DNA of 25,409 nucleotides from a virus (lineage: Duplodnaviria > Caudoviricetes): positions 1 through 25,409 of the IMG/VR virus record IMGVR_UViG_3300025432_000047; one strand, given 5' to 3'. Shown one piece after another: positions 24,428 to 25,409 of this stretch. The notes below the pieces were generated by a model. The model saw only the letters and a program-made list of their open reading frames with translations. It was not told the DNA's origin and did not search any database. Numbering within the stretch: position 1 is the stretch's first letter; each line of letters begins with the position of its first letter. A program made the position numbers and the translations under genes.

Positions 24428-24442
24428 CAATTCCAACAATAA
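23453..24442 (+). CDS. TIM-barrel glycoside-hydrolase-like domain + PS linker + 67-aa C-terminal module ending in the shared tag
   Basis: Colinear motif matches to 17489-18483, followed by TPTPPSPSPSPSPSP and a beta-rich tail. AGGTGA upstream. Confidence 0.55.
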   Translation: MTMVFQICATSFSNPAGAKSAGYIDCVVEAGSGCVQPPGGFITACHGQGMGALMQNSDSGSGGCSDTSYLSGLASAGLDAVGGESEGGAEIDAIMQYLPFMNYGGEGTGGTTGNNCVWSSCGGNDGASVGKYGCSTFLETYTTDSMLSASEIGQEAGMNYDAGCFEVGILVGSWSYGDYGAGVSTYQEMVDEIASQSKKPCVGFQWWYVEGDGSGAPSNDSGGVMAGLMSAYGKNMTPIYDRKKGVTPTPPSPSPSPSPSPVFQKGTYFQGYINQIDIAPALAAAHNGQPTRGVHVIDFWPVTGSSSTVGITYTARPRELQSGYRQFQQ

Positions 24443-24486
24443 AAAAAGAGAATTAAATTAAAAACAAAGATGAGGAACCATGAAAA

Positions 24487-25161
24487 GTGCCAACAAGAAA
24501 TATTGCAGAAGTTGAAGAAGCAATAATCAAACGACTCGACATCCATAGAAAAGAGCTTACCACTATGGAAGAGTGCACAAAACAATGCCAAATCTCCATC
24601 GGACAGCACGACGAACGGCTCAGGGCGTATGAAGAGAACAGTAAGCGACAGAACGGGACTCTTGACAAGCTAAGTGAGGATATAGACTCAGTAGCGCACG
24701 GGGTAAATGACATCGTCAAGAAAGTTGACGCAATGGACACAAGCATAGCAAACCGCGTGAATGAGATAGAACGCAACGGAATCAAACGTGATGCCACGAG
24801 TGATATAGCCGTGAGAGAACGGGCGGATACTCGCGAGGTGCATATACGAGCAGAAGTGGATAACTTAACGAAAGAAATTGCCGAAGTAAAGCGCTTGGGT
24901 GGAGCACGAATGGCGGAGATAGAGCGGATCGCGCTGAAAAGCGCCGCAGAACATGAACAGTGTGCCATTGACCGGATAGCGGCAGCGAGAGAAGAATCTG
25001 GGGATGAAATCGCCGCACTTAGGGTAGAGTTCATTAAGCAACAGTCGGAAGCGATGAGCAATATTCAATGGAAAATCATAGCTGCGCTTTCGTCACTTGC
25101 GTTCCTGTTTATACTGGTCTTTATCTCATACTCGTTTCATGTGTTTGGAGGCTTACCATGA
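24487..25161 (+). CDS. Coiled-coil protein with a single C-terminal transmembrane helix (XhlA/holin-associated-like)
   Basis: GTG start, charged heptad-rich body, RL..YE....RQNGTL.KL motif and hydrophobic IIAALSSLAFLFILVFISY. Confidence 0.55.
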   Translation: MPTRNIAEVEEAIIKRLDIHRKELTTMEECTKQCQISIGQHDERLRAYEENSKRQNGTLDKLSEDIDSVAHGVNDIVKKVDAMDTSIANRVNEIERNGIKRDATSDIAVRERADTREVHIRAEVDNLTKEIAEVKRLGGARMAEIERIALKSAAEHEQCAIDRIAAAREESGDEIAALRVEFIKQQSEAMSNIQWKIIAALSSLAFLFILVFISYSFHVFGGLP

Positions 25162-25409
25162 CAGAAGAAAACCACGACGCTATAATACGCCACGAGTGCG
25201 CGATAGGCGAACTGCGCGAGCAGGGTGAAGTTATCCTTAAAAGATTAGATGAACAGGACGCGAATGACGTAGCTATCAGGGATGAACTCATAAAAAAGAT
25301 AGAGGATAACAAATCCAAATTTGGTGATGCGATGTGGGCTATTGCTATGCTACTATTAGGTGGCTTTGTAAGTGGCTTTATTTTTGCTATTCTTTACATG
25401 ATAAAATAG
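25158..25409 (+). CDS. Small coiled-coil protein with a C-terminal transmembrane helix (XhlA/holin-like), 83 aa
   Basis: Likely start is ATG 25158 (ATGA overlap, GGAGG upstream) rather than 25068. TM segment WAIAMLLLGGFVSGFIFAILY. Confidence 0.6.
   Translation: MTEENHDAIIRHECAIGELREQGEVILKRLDEQDANDVAIRDELIKKIEDNKSKFGDAMWAIAMLLLGGFVSGFIFAILYMIK

Noticed and set aside
22523-24442. The shared tag as a secretion or sorting signal (PGF-CTERM, PEP-CTERM, LPXTG, T9SS CTD)
   Set aside because: There is no TM helix or basic cluster after the motif and no N-terminal signal peptide, and it is far shorter than a T9SS CTD.
218-25318. Numerous minus-strand and nested ORFs in the track (e.g. 10506..11177, 24453..25061, 1754..2161)
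   Set aside because: They are shadows of long + strand genes that have clear phage motifs; they have no motifs or RBS support of their own.

Overview
The window is the virion morphogenesis region of a long, non-contractile-tailed (siphovirus-type, Caudoviricetes) virus or provirus. All credible genes are on the + strand, tightly packed and often coupled by ATGA/GTGA overlaps. Recognisable modules are a TP901-1-type major tail protein, an SPP1 gp16-like head-closure protein, an HK97 gp10-like protein, a tail terminator, tail assembly chaperones, a 766-aa tape measure protein, a giant multidomain protein with an embedded Dit domain, a Tal/Prophage_tail-like hub protein and two membrane-anchored coiled-coil proteins. 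The most striking signal is at 21.5-24.4 kb. The hub protein appears to stop in the middle of its C-terminal beta domain. It is followed by three unrelated cargo genes: a papain-like cysteine protease, a LamG-like lectin and a TIM-barrel hydrolase-like protein. Each ends in a Pro/Thr/Ser linker plus the same 15-aa tag, ITY[TS]xxPRE[YL][RQ][GS]G[YF]R, and the third also carries what looks like the missing rest of the hub domain. This suggests an undescribed plug-in system that docks enzymes on the tail tip by strand complementation. Other oddities are a frameshift-free G/GT chaperone pair, a Dit buried in a 1845-aa protein with nested domain insertions, three paralogous TIM-barrel-like domains, a DGR-target-like lectin, a His/Lys-rich micro-peptide and a rearranged head-tail gene order. 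The host may be an archaeon, but that is weak inference. All family assignments come from reading motifs by eye, not from database searches.
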